Below are positions 17,636-24,922 of a stretch of DNA of 41,563 nt, one piece after another. The stretch lies in the NCBI GenBank assembly GCA_944350395.1, contig CALVPA010000077.1, positions 1-41,563 on the forward strand. Reading direction: 5' to 3'. The first letter of the stretch is position 1. Each line of letters begins with the position of its first letter. This DNA comes from an uncultured Bacilli bacterium (lineage in GTDB: Bacteria > Bacillota_I > Bacilli_A > RF39 > UBA660). Position numbers and translations under genes: made by a program. The notes beneath the pieces were generated by a model that was given only the letters and a program-made list of their open reading frames with translations, did no database searches and had not been told where the DNA came from.

Positions 17636-17744
17636 AAAAAAAATGAAGCTGTCCCCCCTGAGAAACAGCTTCGTAAAAAAGAATAAAAAGGGGTTGGCTA
17701 GTGTGATACTAGCACCAATTCGCCTTCGTAAAAGTGAATTGGTA
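17636..17744 (-). ncRNA. Candidate ~110-nt stand-alone small RNA (unknown family)
   Basis: A consensus promoter lies immediately upstream. In the minus-strand sense there are two hairpins, CCAATTC...GAATTGG and GCTAGT-atcac-ACTAGC. An unpaired segment CAACCCCUUUUUUAUUCUUUUUU follows. The terminator is GAAGCTGT-uucucagggggg-ACAGCTTC plus A and U8. The region is locally GC-rich and no gene lies downstream on that strand. Confidence 0.5.
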
Positions 17745-17750
17745 TTTCAT

Positions 17751-17779
17751 ATATTAAATGAAATGAACATTAAAGTCAA
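17751..17779 (-). promoter_or_regulatory. Sigma-A promoter of the candidate sRNA
   Basis: On the minus strand: TTGACT (17779-17774), 17-nt spacer, TAATAT (17756-17751). Confidence 0.55.
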
Positions 17780-17902
17780 TACTTTTTTATAAAAATTTCG
17801 ACATTTTTTTAAGTAATAAAATGTTCTTAGAAAAGCTCTTTATTTTTAATCAAAAATATGTTATTCTTATAGTGAAATATAAGATAAAAGGGAGTAGGAT
17901 AA

Positions 17903-18142
17903 ATGGATACAGAAGTACTAACTTCTAACTTGATCGGCATAGCCATATTGCTCGTATTGTTCCTAATTGTCTATGAAAATATAAGACGCAATTGGAAAGA
18001 AAGTCATATTAAAAAAGCTGAAGAAGTTAAGAAGACAAAAAAGATTAAAAATGAATACTTAGAGGAAGGTACAATTGCAATACCTGAATCAGTAATTACA
18101 GATTATCTAAAAAAACAAAAAACTAAGCCCAAAAATAAATAA
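17903..18142 (+). CDS. Small single-pass membrane protein with a Lys-rich tail (hypothetical)
   Basis: The TM segment is LIGIAILLVLFLIVY, and the basic C-terminus is rich in K residues. A GGGAG RBS lies upstream of the ATG. Confidence 0.5.
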   Translation: MDTEVLTSNLIGIAILLVLFLIVYENIRRNWKESHIKKAEEVKKTKKIKNEYLEEGTIAIPESVITDYLKKQKTKPKNK

Positions 18143-18194
18143 ATTGGTTTAGTTTTTTTTCTTTCTTTGTTATAATTTTTGTTAGGTGGTATAT

Positions 18195-20174
18195 ATGCTA
18201 GAGAGCATTAAAGGCATAGGACCTAAAAATTTAGAATTACTTCATAAACTCGGTATTGAAGATATAAACGATTTAATCGATTATTATCCATTCAGATATA
18301 ATACAGTTGTACCTACAAAACTTGCTGAAGGCTCAGTCGTCGTAAGCGGAATAGTCGAATCGATGCCAATTGCAACATATATAAAAAAAAGTCTAAATAA
18401 GTTATCTTTTAGAGTACAAATAGAAAATTATTTAGTAAATGTGACGATATTTAATCGTGCCTTTTTAAAGTCGAATCTGAAAAGGGGAACTTCTATAACC
18501 GTGATAGGTGAGTACGATGAAAAGCACAATACTATTACGGCGAGTGACATAAAATTTAAAGAAATAACTTCTTCATACATAGAACCCGTATATCATTTGA
18601 CGAATGGCATGAGTTCAAAAGTATTACACAATCTTATAGAAAATGCACTCGATACTCATCCGGTCCTAATAGATTACATACCGGAATATCTAGTAGAGGA
18701 ATATTCTTTTTTAGATAAAGATACATCGGTAAGAAAAGTACATAACCCAGACAGTTTAAACGATATTAAAAAAGCTATTTTGAGATTAAAATATGAGGAA
18801 TTATTTAAGTTTATGTTTAAAATAAACTACTTAAAGAGTACGAGAACTAGTGAAGGCGGATTAAAAAGGGATGTAGATATAGAAGAAGCTGGTGCATTTA
18901 TAAAGTCTCTTCCATATGAACTTACCATAGATCAGCGAACATCTGCTAAAGAAATACTCGAAGATTTAAGAAGTGAAAAGAGGATGAATAGGTTACTCTT
19001 AGGTGATGTGGGAAGTGGTAAGACTATTGTTAGCGAAATTGCTATTTATTACAATTACCTCTCTGGTTATCAAAGTGCTCTTTTGGCTCCTACAGAAATA
19101 CTAGCGACACAGCACTTCTTCAATATATCTAAAATGCTTGCACCCTTTAATATGAGAGTAGAATTATTGAAGGGTGGTATGTCTAAGAAGGAAAGAAACA
19201 AAATAATAACAGATCTATCTAATGGTGAGATAGACTTACTAATAGGAACGCATGCTGTTTTAGAAGAGGACGTAAAGTTTTTAAATTTAGGACTCGTCAT
19301 AACAGACGAACAACACAGATTCGGAGTTAATCAGAGGAGTACTTTTCAAAACAAAGGAAAAATGTGCGATGTTCTATACATGAGTGCCACTCCTATACCT
19401 AGAACGTACGCACTTACTATTTATGGAGATATGGATATATCGCTTATAAAGACTAAACCTGAGGGTAGAAAAGAAATAAAGACAACTCTAGTAAAATTTA
19501 AAGATATTAAATCCGTACTTTCTAGCATGCTCGAAGAACTCAAAGAAAACCATCAAATTTATATAGTCTGTCCTCTTATCGAATCGGATGGGGAAACAAA
19601 TCTCGAAGACGTTACTAAACTTAAAGATAAAATAGATATAGCATTCAATAAAAGAGTACCTATTGCAGTACTACATGGCAAATTAAAAAATTCTGTAAAA
19701 GAAGATATAATGGCAGATTTTAAGAGTGGAAAAGTAAAAATATTGATTTCGACTACGGTAATAGAAGTCGGAGTCGATGTTCCAAATGCTACAATGATGG
19801 TAATATTCAATGCTGAGAGATTCGGTTTAGCAACGATACACCAATTAAGAGGAAGGATAGGAAGAAACAGCTTGGAGAGCAAATGCATACTGATAAGTGA
19901 TAAAAATTCCGAAAGATTAAAAGTTTTAGTAGAATCTAACGATGGTTTTTATATAAGTGAACAAGATTTTAAACTTAGGGGTGAAGGAGACTTATTTGGA
20001 GTTAGGCAGAGTGGGGATATGGTGTTTAAACTCGCCAATATAGTGCAAGATGCAAAAATTTTATCGCAAGCTAATATCGACTCTACAAAGTTTATAAATG
20101 AAAATAAATCTAATAATTTTAGAGATTATCCACAATACCAAAGCATAATGGAGAGTTTAAAACACATCGATTAA
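18195..20174 (+). CDS. recG: ATP-dependent DNA helicase RecG
   Basis: Wedge domain followed by SF2 motifs: GDVGSGKT (I), DEQHRFG (II), SATPIPR (III), and the QLRGRIGR and TRG-like C-terminus. The ATG at 18195 follows AGGTGG. Confidence 0.93.
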   Translation: MLESIKGIGPKNLELLHKLGIEDINDLIDYYPFRYNTVVPTKLAEGSVVVSGIVESMPIATYIKKSLNKLSFRVQIENYLVNVTIFNRAFLKSNLKRGTSITVIGEYDEKHNTITASDIKFKEITSSYIEPVYHLTNGMSSKVLHNLIENALDTHPVLIDYIPEYLVEEYSFLDKDTSVRKVHNPDSLNDIKKAILRLKYEELFKFMFKINYLKSTRTSEGGLKRDVDIEEAGAFIKSLPYELTIDQRTSAKEILEDLRSEKRMNRLLLGDVGSGKTIVSEIAIYYNYLSGYQSALLAPTEILATQHFFNISKMLAPFNMRVELLKGGMSKKERNKIITDLSNGEIDLLIGTHAVLEEDVKFLNLGLVITDEQHRFGVNQRSTFQNKGKMCDVLYMSATPIPRTYALTIYGDMDISLIKTKPEGRKEIKTTLVKFKDIKSVLSSMLEELKENHQIYIVCPLIESDGETNLEDVTKLKDKIDIAFNKRVPIAVLHGKLKNSVKEDIMADFKSGKVKILISTTVIEVGVDVPNATMMVIFNAERFGLATIHQLRGRIGRNSLESKCILISDKNSERLKVLVESNDGFYISEQDFKLRGEGDLFGVRQSGDMVFKLANIVQDAKILSQANIDSTKFINENKSNNFRDYPQYQSIMESLKHID

Positions 20175-20253
20175 CATGTGTTTACACTGTAAAGTAAATA
20201 AAAAAATTGTTTTTTCAAAAATTATGTTTTATACTGGGGATGGTGAAAATTGT

Positions 20254-21693
20254 ATGAAGGAAAACGACACAAAAGATAATGTAATTGCTACAGATAAAAA
20301 GACAGTTACTAATAAGAACGTTTTAGTTGCCAAAATTTTGATAGTAATAATTTTATTAGCAACTGGTGTGGTAGGAGCATTTGCATTAATCGATTATTTG
20401 AATAAACCGAAGACTCTTTTTTATTCGGCTTTAAACGATACTTATAACGATTTTAGCACTATAATGGATGCAGTAAGTAGTGATAAACTTTACTCTTTAT
20501 TGAACAAAAAAGCAGTAGAAATAGATGCCGATACTAAACTAAATATTTCAAACATGAAGGCAGAAGATGCAAACTATCAAAATTTTTTGAATTCTCTTTC
20601 ATACATATCGACTACTAAATTCGATAAAACTAATAAATACTTAAGTAATGAGATAAAAATTAAGAATGATGTGAACGATATATATAATATTACATACGTC
20701 GATGAAAATTTTACTAACTATATTAAAATAACTAACTTATACGATAGATTCGTTCTCTTACCAACTGATGAGATTAATCTAGAACAATTAGATCCTACTA
20801 AAAATATATATTTAGGAGATACTTTAAAGAGTGAATTTCTTAAAGTATTAAGCGATGAAAATTTTGAAAGTACTACCAAGACAATTGCTGTAAATAGTAA
20901 AACTATCGATTGTAAAGTAAGCACTTATACGTTAAATGGATTAGAGATGAGCACTCTTTTAGATAACATCATAAATTCTATAGTGAATAATAGCAATAAT
21001 CTATACTATCTTGCAGACTTATATGGAATAAGTGCTTCTTCTCTAAAAAATAAACTGACTGAATTAAAAGATACACTACTTTTAGATGAAGATACAAGCT
21101 ATACATTTTCTGCATATACTAAGATGGATACCGATGAAACAGTACAATTTTCTCTATCTTTTAAAACTCTATTGGATGGCGAAAAAGTAGATAAAACTAT
21201 ATCTTATAGTAGAGGATTAGATTATAAATTATTAGAGATTACTGAAAACGGACAAAGTGAATATATAAAGATAACGGGAAATCTCAGCAATAAGGCTGAA
21301 ATAGTAATGCATAGTAGTAATGCAGAGTTAGATTTTACGACGAACTTAAAGGATAACTCTAACGAGGGAAATATCACTTTGACTTTAAGCGATTCAGATA
21401 TATTGAGCATAAGTGGAACATATTCTTATATTATTACAGATTCATCGAGTAGCGCTGCTTCCATGTCACTTACTATGGATTTAAATATAATGACAAGCGA
21501 AAGTTCGTTCGATACCGAAATAAACTCTTCTATACTTATAAATAGTGGAATCAAAGTAGATAAAGAAGAAATAACAGATTATGTAAATTTGGATGAAATA
21601 GGAGAGCAAGATTTAAGTTCTATATTAAAAAATTTCGAATCACATTTAAATGAATTATCAAAAGAAAATATAGATCAAAGTGCGAACCAGTGA
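20254..21693 (+). CDS. Membrane-anchored extracytoplasmic hypothetical protein (N/S/T-rich)
   Basis: A single N-terminal TM (LVAKILIVIILLATGVVGAFALI) precedes about 420 aa of polar, Asn/Ser/Thr/Asp-rich sequence with no recognisable motif. The ATG at 20254 is preceded by GGTGA. Confidence 0.6.
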   Translation: MKENDTKDNVIATDKKTVTNKNVLVAKILIVIILLATGVVGAFALIDYLNKPKTLFYSALNDTYNDFSTIMDAVSSDKLYSLLNKKAVEIDADTKLNISNMKAEDANYQNFLNSLSYISTTKFDKTNKYLSNEIKIKNDVNDIYNITYVDENFTNYIKITNLYDRFVLLPTDEINLEQLDPTKNIYLGDTLKSEFLKVLSDENFESTTKTIAVNSKTIDCKVSTYTLNGLEMSTLLDNIINSIVNNSNNLYYLADLYGISASSLKNKLTELKDTLLLDEDTSYTFSAYTKMDTDETVQFSLSFKTLLDGEKVDKTISYSRGLDYKLLEITENGQSEYIKITGNLSNKAEIVMHSSNAELDFTTNLKDNSNEGNITLTLSDSDILSISGTYSYIITDSSSSAASMSLTMDLNIMTSESSFDTEINSSILINSGIKVDKEEITDYVNLDEIGEQDLSSILKNFESHLNELSKENIDQSANQ

Positions 21694-21823
21694 AATAAAG
21701 ATAAAAATTAAAAATATAGAACATAATATAAAATATTATGAGAGAGTATATCCGAATAGTAATAAAATTCGAGATTTAAAAAAGAAATTAAAATATTATG
21801 AAAGTCTTTTAAAAAGATGTGAA

Positions 21824-21847
21824 AAACCTAATAAATAGGTTTTTTTA
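21824..21847 (+). terminator. Rho-independent terminator ~130 nt after the 479-aa hypothetical gene
   Basis: AAACCTA(21824-21830)/TAGGTTT(21836-21842) plus a T-run. Confidence 0.55.
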
Positions 21848-21860
21848 ATTTTTCATAATG

Positions 21861-21869
21861 TGATATAAT
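21861..21869 (+). promoter_or_regulatory. Extended -10 promoter
   Basis: TGATATAAT at 21861-21869, 22 nt before the ATG at 21891. Confidence 0.5.
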
Positions 21870-21890
21870 GGACAAAAGAAGGTGCATGTC

Positions 21891-22463
21891 ATGGGGCTAT
21901 TAAACGATATATTTCATTTATATTCGTACGATAAATTGAAGGATAAATACGGTTACGGTGTCGCTCAGAGTTACATAGATTTAATAAGCGAAAGAGATTT
22001 TAAAAAACAGATAAGCCAAATTATTTTTAATATGAATGATTATTTGAGAAAAAATTCTGATAAATATTCTTCACAAGATGTAAAATATCTAAAAGGAATA
22101 ATCGAGCAGATGTCATATGCATACGACACTAACTCTGCTAATTCTCTAATAACGGAATGGAAACAGTTTTGTAGTAGTGTCGAATTTAAGGATAACATAG
22201 AATATATATTCAAACAGGTAGAAGAATTAGTGTTTTCAGAACTCAGCAAAGATACTGAAATAAAATATACTAAAGAAAATGAAACAAAACTTCATGAAAT
22301 ATTTATTAATATTTACAGTGCTGAAAACGCAAAAGAAGTTAAAAAGTATTATAAAGAGCTAAAATCATATCTTTGGGATAACTTTGAATACGTCCTAGGC
22401 AAAAAGATGGATAAAAGTATAAGCGATGAAGTAACAAGATTAGGTAAAGCATGGGATAAATGA
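21891..22463 (+). CDS. Hypothetical cytoplasmic helical protein (190 aa)
   Basis: The ATG at 21891 is preceded by GAAGGTG. The composition is K/E/Y-rich and helical, with no TM segment and no recognisable motif. Confidence 0.55.
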   Translation: MGLLNDIFHLYSYDKLKDKYGYGVAQSYIDLISERDFKKQISQIIFNMNDYLRKNSDKYSSQDVKYLKGIIEQMSYAYDTNSANSLITEWKQFCSSVEFKDNIEYIFKQVEELVFSELSKDTEIKYTKENETKLHEIFINIYSAENAKEVKKYYKELKSYLWDNFEYVLGKKMDKSISDEVTRLGKAWDK

Positions 22464-22472
22464 TAAAAATGC

Positions 22473-22500
22473 TTGACAATTCATATAAGTTTAGTATAAT
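22473..22500 (+). promoter_or_regulatory. Sigma-A promoter of the infC-rpmI-rplT operon
   Basis: TTGACA (22473-22478), 16-nt spacer, TATAAT (22495-22500). Confidence 0.7.
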
Positions 22501-22506
22501 ACTAAT

Positions 22507-22660
22507 TGTCAAGAAAAGGAAAGCGATGTATCCACATCCACCTGATCGCACTAGTTAGCGATAGGTAAAAAGCCGAAGCATGAGTAAATAAAACTTATCG
22601 AGCTTTTAAGTGGATACATGGGTATTCACTTTTTTATATGATAAATGGAGGTGTGTGTTT
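22507..22660 (+). promoter_or_regulatory. L20 leader (ribosomal protein L20 autoregulatory 5' UTR of infC operon)
   Basis: About 150-nt structured leader between a consensus promoter and infC, in the position known for Firmicutes. GTATCCAC (22528-22535) is complementary to GTGGATAC (22610-22617). That segment is also the 5' arm of an intrinsic terminator, so the two pairings are mutually exclusive. Confidence 0.7.
22609..22636 (+). terminator. Attenuator terminator inside the infC leader
   Basis: AGTGGATAC(22609-22617)-atgg-GTATTCACT(22622-30) forms a 9-bp stem with one G-U pair, followed by TTTTTT. Confidence 0.65.
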
Positions 22661-23191
22661 ATAGCACAGTTGAGAAAAGAAGAGCAACCTATAAATGATA
22701 ACATTAAGGTTAGCGAATTAATGGTTATTGGCCCAAATGGTGAACAGATGGGTGTCAAAAAGTTGAGCGATGCACTTACTTTGGCAAATTATGCAGGTTT
22801 AGATTTAGTTTTGATGAATGGAAATTCTACTCCCGCAGTAGGAAAAATAATGGACTACAACAAGTACCGTTATGAAAAGCAGAAGAAAGTAAAAGAACAG
22901 CAAAAACGTCAAAGAGAGAACACAAAAGAATTAAAAGAATTTCGCTTGACTGTTAAAATCGACGTTGGAGACTTCGAAACGCGCAAAAAAAATGCTCGCG
23001 ATTACTTAGTTAAAGGTCATAAAGTTAAGGGTTCGATAAGATTCAAAGGTAGAGAGATGGCACATACTGAACTCGGAGCAGAAGTACTCAAAAAATTTGC
23101 CGATGCATTAAGCGATGTCGCTGATATCGAACAAAAACCAGTTCTTGAAGGTCGCAACATGTCTATAATACTTGCACCAAAAAAACAATAA
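22661..23191 (+). CDS. infC: Translation initiation factor IF-3, probable non-canonical ATA start
   Basis: Conserved N-terminus INDNIKVSELMVIGPNGEQMGV and C-terminal domain. GGAGGTG lies 7 nt upstream of ATA (22661). There is no in-frame ATG between the attenuator and the conserved block. The tracked GTG at 22610 lies inside the terminator hairpin. Confidence 0.85.
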   Translation: MAQLRKEEQPINDNIKVSELMVIGPNGEQMGVKKLSDALTLANYAGLDLVLMNGNSTPAVGKIMDYNKYRYEKQKKVKEQQKRQRENTKELKEFRLTVKIDVGDFETRKKNARDYLVKGHKVKGSIRFKGREMAHTELGAEVLKKFADALSDVADIEQKPVLEGRNMSIILAPKKQ

Positions 23192-23213
23192 AAAGGTATT
23201 AGGAGGAATTATT

Positions 23214-23402
23214 ATGCCAAAACAAAAGACACATAAAGCTACAAAAAAAGTTTTAAACGTTAGAAATAGTGGTAGCATAACTTACAAAAAATCAAATGGA
23301 AACCATAAGACTGCTAAAGATAGCAGTAAACAAGTTCGTCAAAGAAGAAATGCAGGAACAGTTAGCAAAGGAGATATGGCTAGATTAAAGTCAGTCATCT
23401 AA
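23214..23402 (+). CDS. rpmI: 50S ribosomal protein L35
   Basis: MPKQKTHKATKKV... is the typical L35 N-terminus. 62 aa. AGGAGG RBS. Confidence 0.93.
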   Translation: MPKQKTHKATKKVLNVRNSGSITYKKSNGNHKTAKDSSKQVRQRRNAGTVSKGDMARLKSVI

Positions 23403-23416
23403 GAGGAGGTTAAAAA

Positions 23417-23932
23417 ATGACAAGAGTTAAAGGTGGATCTGTTGCAAAGAACAGAAGAAGAAAAGTATTAAAGGCTGCTAAAGGTTATTTTGGTAGTAAG
23501 CATAGATTATTTAAAACAGCACAAGAACAAACATTCCATAGCGGTGAATACGCATATAGAGATCGCAAACAGAATAAACGTAACTTCCGTAAATTATGGA
23601 TAACTCGTATAAATGCTGGTTGTCGTGATAATGGAATAAGTTATTCTAAATTTATAGATGGACTAAATAAAGCTGGTATCGAAATCAATAGAAAGATGCT
23701 TAGCGAAATTGCTATTAGCGATCCTAAGACTTTCACTGAATTAGTAAATACTGCTACTTCAGCACTTAACGGAAAGAAAGTAACAGCTAAAGAAGAAGTA
23801 GTTACTGACAATGCTGAAAAAGTAGATCTATCTAAGAAGACAGTAGCTGAGTTAAGAGAAATGGCTAAGAAAGCTGATATAGCTGGATTCAGCACTATGA
23901 AAAAAGACGAACTAATAAACGCTTTAAAGTAA
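23417..23932 (+). CDS. rplT: 50S ribosomal protein L20 with ~50-aa C-terminal extension
   Basis: Residues 1-120 are canonical L20 (MTRVKGG...[12 protein letters not shown]...[10 protein letters not shown]...). Residues ~122-171 are extra and end in the motif [30 protein letters not shown]. Confidence 0.92.
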   Translation: MTRVKGGSVAKNRRRKVLKAAKGYFGSKHRLFKTAQEQTFHSGEYAYRDRKQNKRNFRKLWITRINAGCRDNGISYSKFIDGLNKAGIEINRKMLSEIAISDPKTFTELVNTATSALNGKKVTAKEEVVTDNAEKVDLSKKTVAELREMAKKADIAGFSTMKKDELINALK

Positions 23933-23946
23933 TGTGTATATAAATA

Positions 23947-23977
23947 AAAATGCGAATTATTATCGCATTTTTATTTT
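23947..23977 (+). terminator. Rho-independent terminator after rplT
   Basis: AAAATGCGA(23947-55)/TCGCATTTT(23963-71) plus T-rich sequence. Confidence 0.7.
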
Positions 23978-23991
23978 GAATAGAAAATATC

Positions 23992-24015
23992 AAAAAAACT
24001 GACACTTGGGTCAGT
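23992..24015 (-). terminator. Rho-independent terminator after rpsD (minus strand)
   Basis: In the minus-strand sense, ACTGAC-ccaagt-GTCAGT is followed by T7. Confidence 0.6.
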
Positions 24016-24020
24016 TCTTA

Positions 24021-24623
24021 TTATCTGTTATAGAATTCAACTATCAATGATTCGTTGATTTCAGCGTTAAGTTCATTTCTTTCTGGATATCTTACATAAG
24101 TACCAGACATCTTCTTTTCATCGAATTCTACAAATGCTGGACGAGTAACTTTGTTCTCAAGTGCAGCTTTAATTGCAGGATGTTCGAGTGAATTTTCTTT
24201 AATATTGATAGTACTTCCTGGTTTAACTGTGTATGATGGAATATCTACTTTTTTACCATTTACTAGAATGTGTCCATGATTTACTAATTGTCTAGCACCA
24301 CGTCTAGTATTAGCAAGTCCCATTCTATAAACTAAGTTATCAAGTCTGCTTTCCAATAATTTAAAGAAATTATCGCCAGCGATTCCTTCCATCTTAGAAG
24401 CTTTTTCAAAAGTTCTCTTGAATTGTTTTTCAGTTAATCCATACATGAATCTCATCTTTTGTTTTTCTTGTAACTGCATTCCATATTCGCTAGATTTTTT
24501 CTTTCTGTCAGTTCCATGTTGTCCTGGAGCATAAGGTCTCTTAGCTAATTCCTTACCAGTTTCTAAAGTAGAAAAACCGAGTCTACGAGATTTCTTGTAA
24601 ACAGGTCCTGTATATCTTGCCAT
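24021..24623 (-). CDS. rpsD: 30S ribosomal protein S4
   Basis: [16 protein letters not shown]... is the canonical S4 N-terminus. 200 aa. An AGGAG-type RBS (AAGGAAAGGAG) lies upstream. The 47 extra codons of the tracked ORF lie in the leader. Confidence 0.93.
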   Translation of the reverse strand: MARYTGPVYKKSRRLGFSTLETGKELAKRPYAPGQHGTDRKKKSSEYGMQLQEKQKMRFMYGLTEKQFKRTFEKASKMEGIAGDNFFKLLESRLDNLVYRMGLANTRRGARQLVNHGHILVNGKKVDIPSYTVKPGSTINIKENSLEHPAIKAALENKVTRPAFVEFDEKKMSGTYVRYPERNELNAEINESLIVEFYNR

Positions 24624-24772
24624 GTGAATACTCCTTTCCTTAAAATTTGCTTTTACGAAAATTCTACGAATCCATTCTATGGGAGTTTGTAATTTGTTCG
24701 CTCGGCAGTAAGTTACTAAAGACGAGTACAAACACATATAGAACAAAAGGGTAGCAACTGCCATAAATGCTA
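24624..24772 (-). promoter_or_regulatory. Long (~150 nt) rpsD 5' UTR, candidate S4 autoregulatory leader
   Basis: The distance from the consensus promoter to the start codon is about 150 nt. Internal pairings are possible, for example GGCAGT...ACTGCC. S4 autoregulation of rpsD is known in Bacillus, but I did not fold the structure in detail. Confidence 0.4.
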
Positions 24773-24778
24773 ATAAGT

Positions 24779-24807
24779 ATTATACACACATAAAGTCTAT
24801 TTGTCAA
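24779..24807 (-). promoter_or_regulatory. Sigma-A promoter of rpsD
   Basis: On the minus strand: TTGACA (24807-24802), 17-nt spacer, TATAAT (24784-24779). Confidence 0.7.
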
Positions 24808-24922
24808 AGACAATCGAAATGTTTTAAAATAATATAGAAAAAAATTGGCAAATTATAACAACACCTTGCAATAAATGACAAATTATTATATAATTCAAAT
24901 AGTAGAAAAGGACTGTGGTCGT

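Noticed and set aside
17636-17744. Whether the structured RNA is SRP RNA, 6S RNA, tmRNA or a riboswitch/T-box.
   Set aside because: There is no SRP domain IV signature (GGAA tetraloop with AGCAGC-type symmetric loop). It is too short for 6S RNA or tmRNA. No downstream gene lies on its strand, so it cannot be a cis-regulatory leader.
17709-17750. A 13-codon mini-ORF (MKYQFTFTKANWC) at the 5' end of the candidate sRNA. It is tempting as a secreted peptide pheromone because the neighbouring protease is SepM/YlbL-like.
   Set aside because: The ATG directly abuts the -10 box, so it probably lies upstream of the TSS. There is no RBS, and the peptide has no signal or leader features. The link to the protease is purely positional.
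21680-21838. A possible ~52-codon Lys-rich small ORF (GTG 21680 ... KYYESLLKRCEKPNK*) in the 3' UTR of the 479-aa gene, with its stop inside the terminator hairpin.
   Set aside because: There is no ATG, no convincing RBS and no recognisable family. An open frame of this length is easily produced by chance in AAA/TAT-rich spacer DNA. It remains only a remote possibility.
22610-22660. The tracked 5' extension of infC starting at GTG 22610.
   Set aside because: It begins inside the attenuator hairpin of the leader and has no RBS. It adds a non-conserved Trp/Phe-rich peptide upstream of the strong GGAGGTG RBS.
24624-24764. A 47-codon N-terminal extension of rpsD in the ORF track.
   Set aside because: The canonical S4 N-terminus MARYTGP starts at 24623 with an AGGAG-type RBS. 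The extension lies in the 5' UTR downstream of the mapped promoter.
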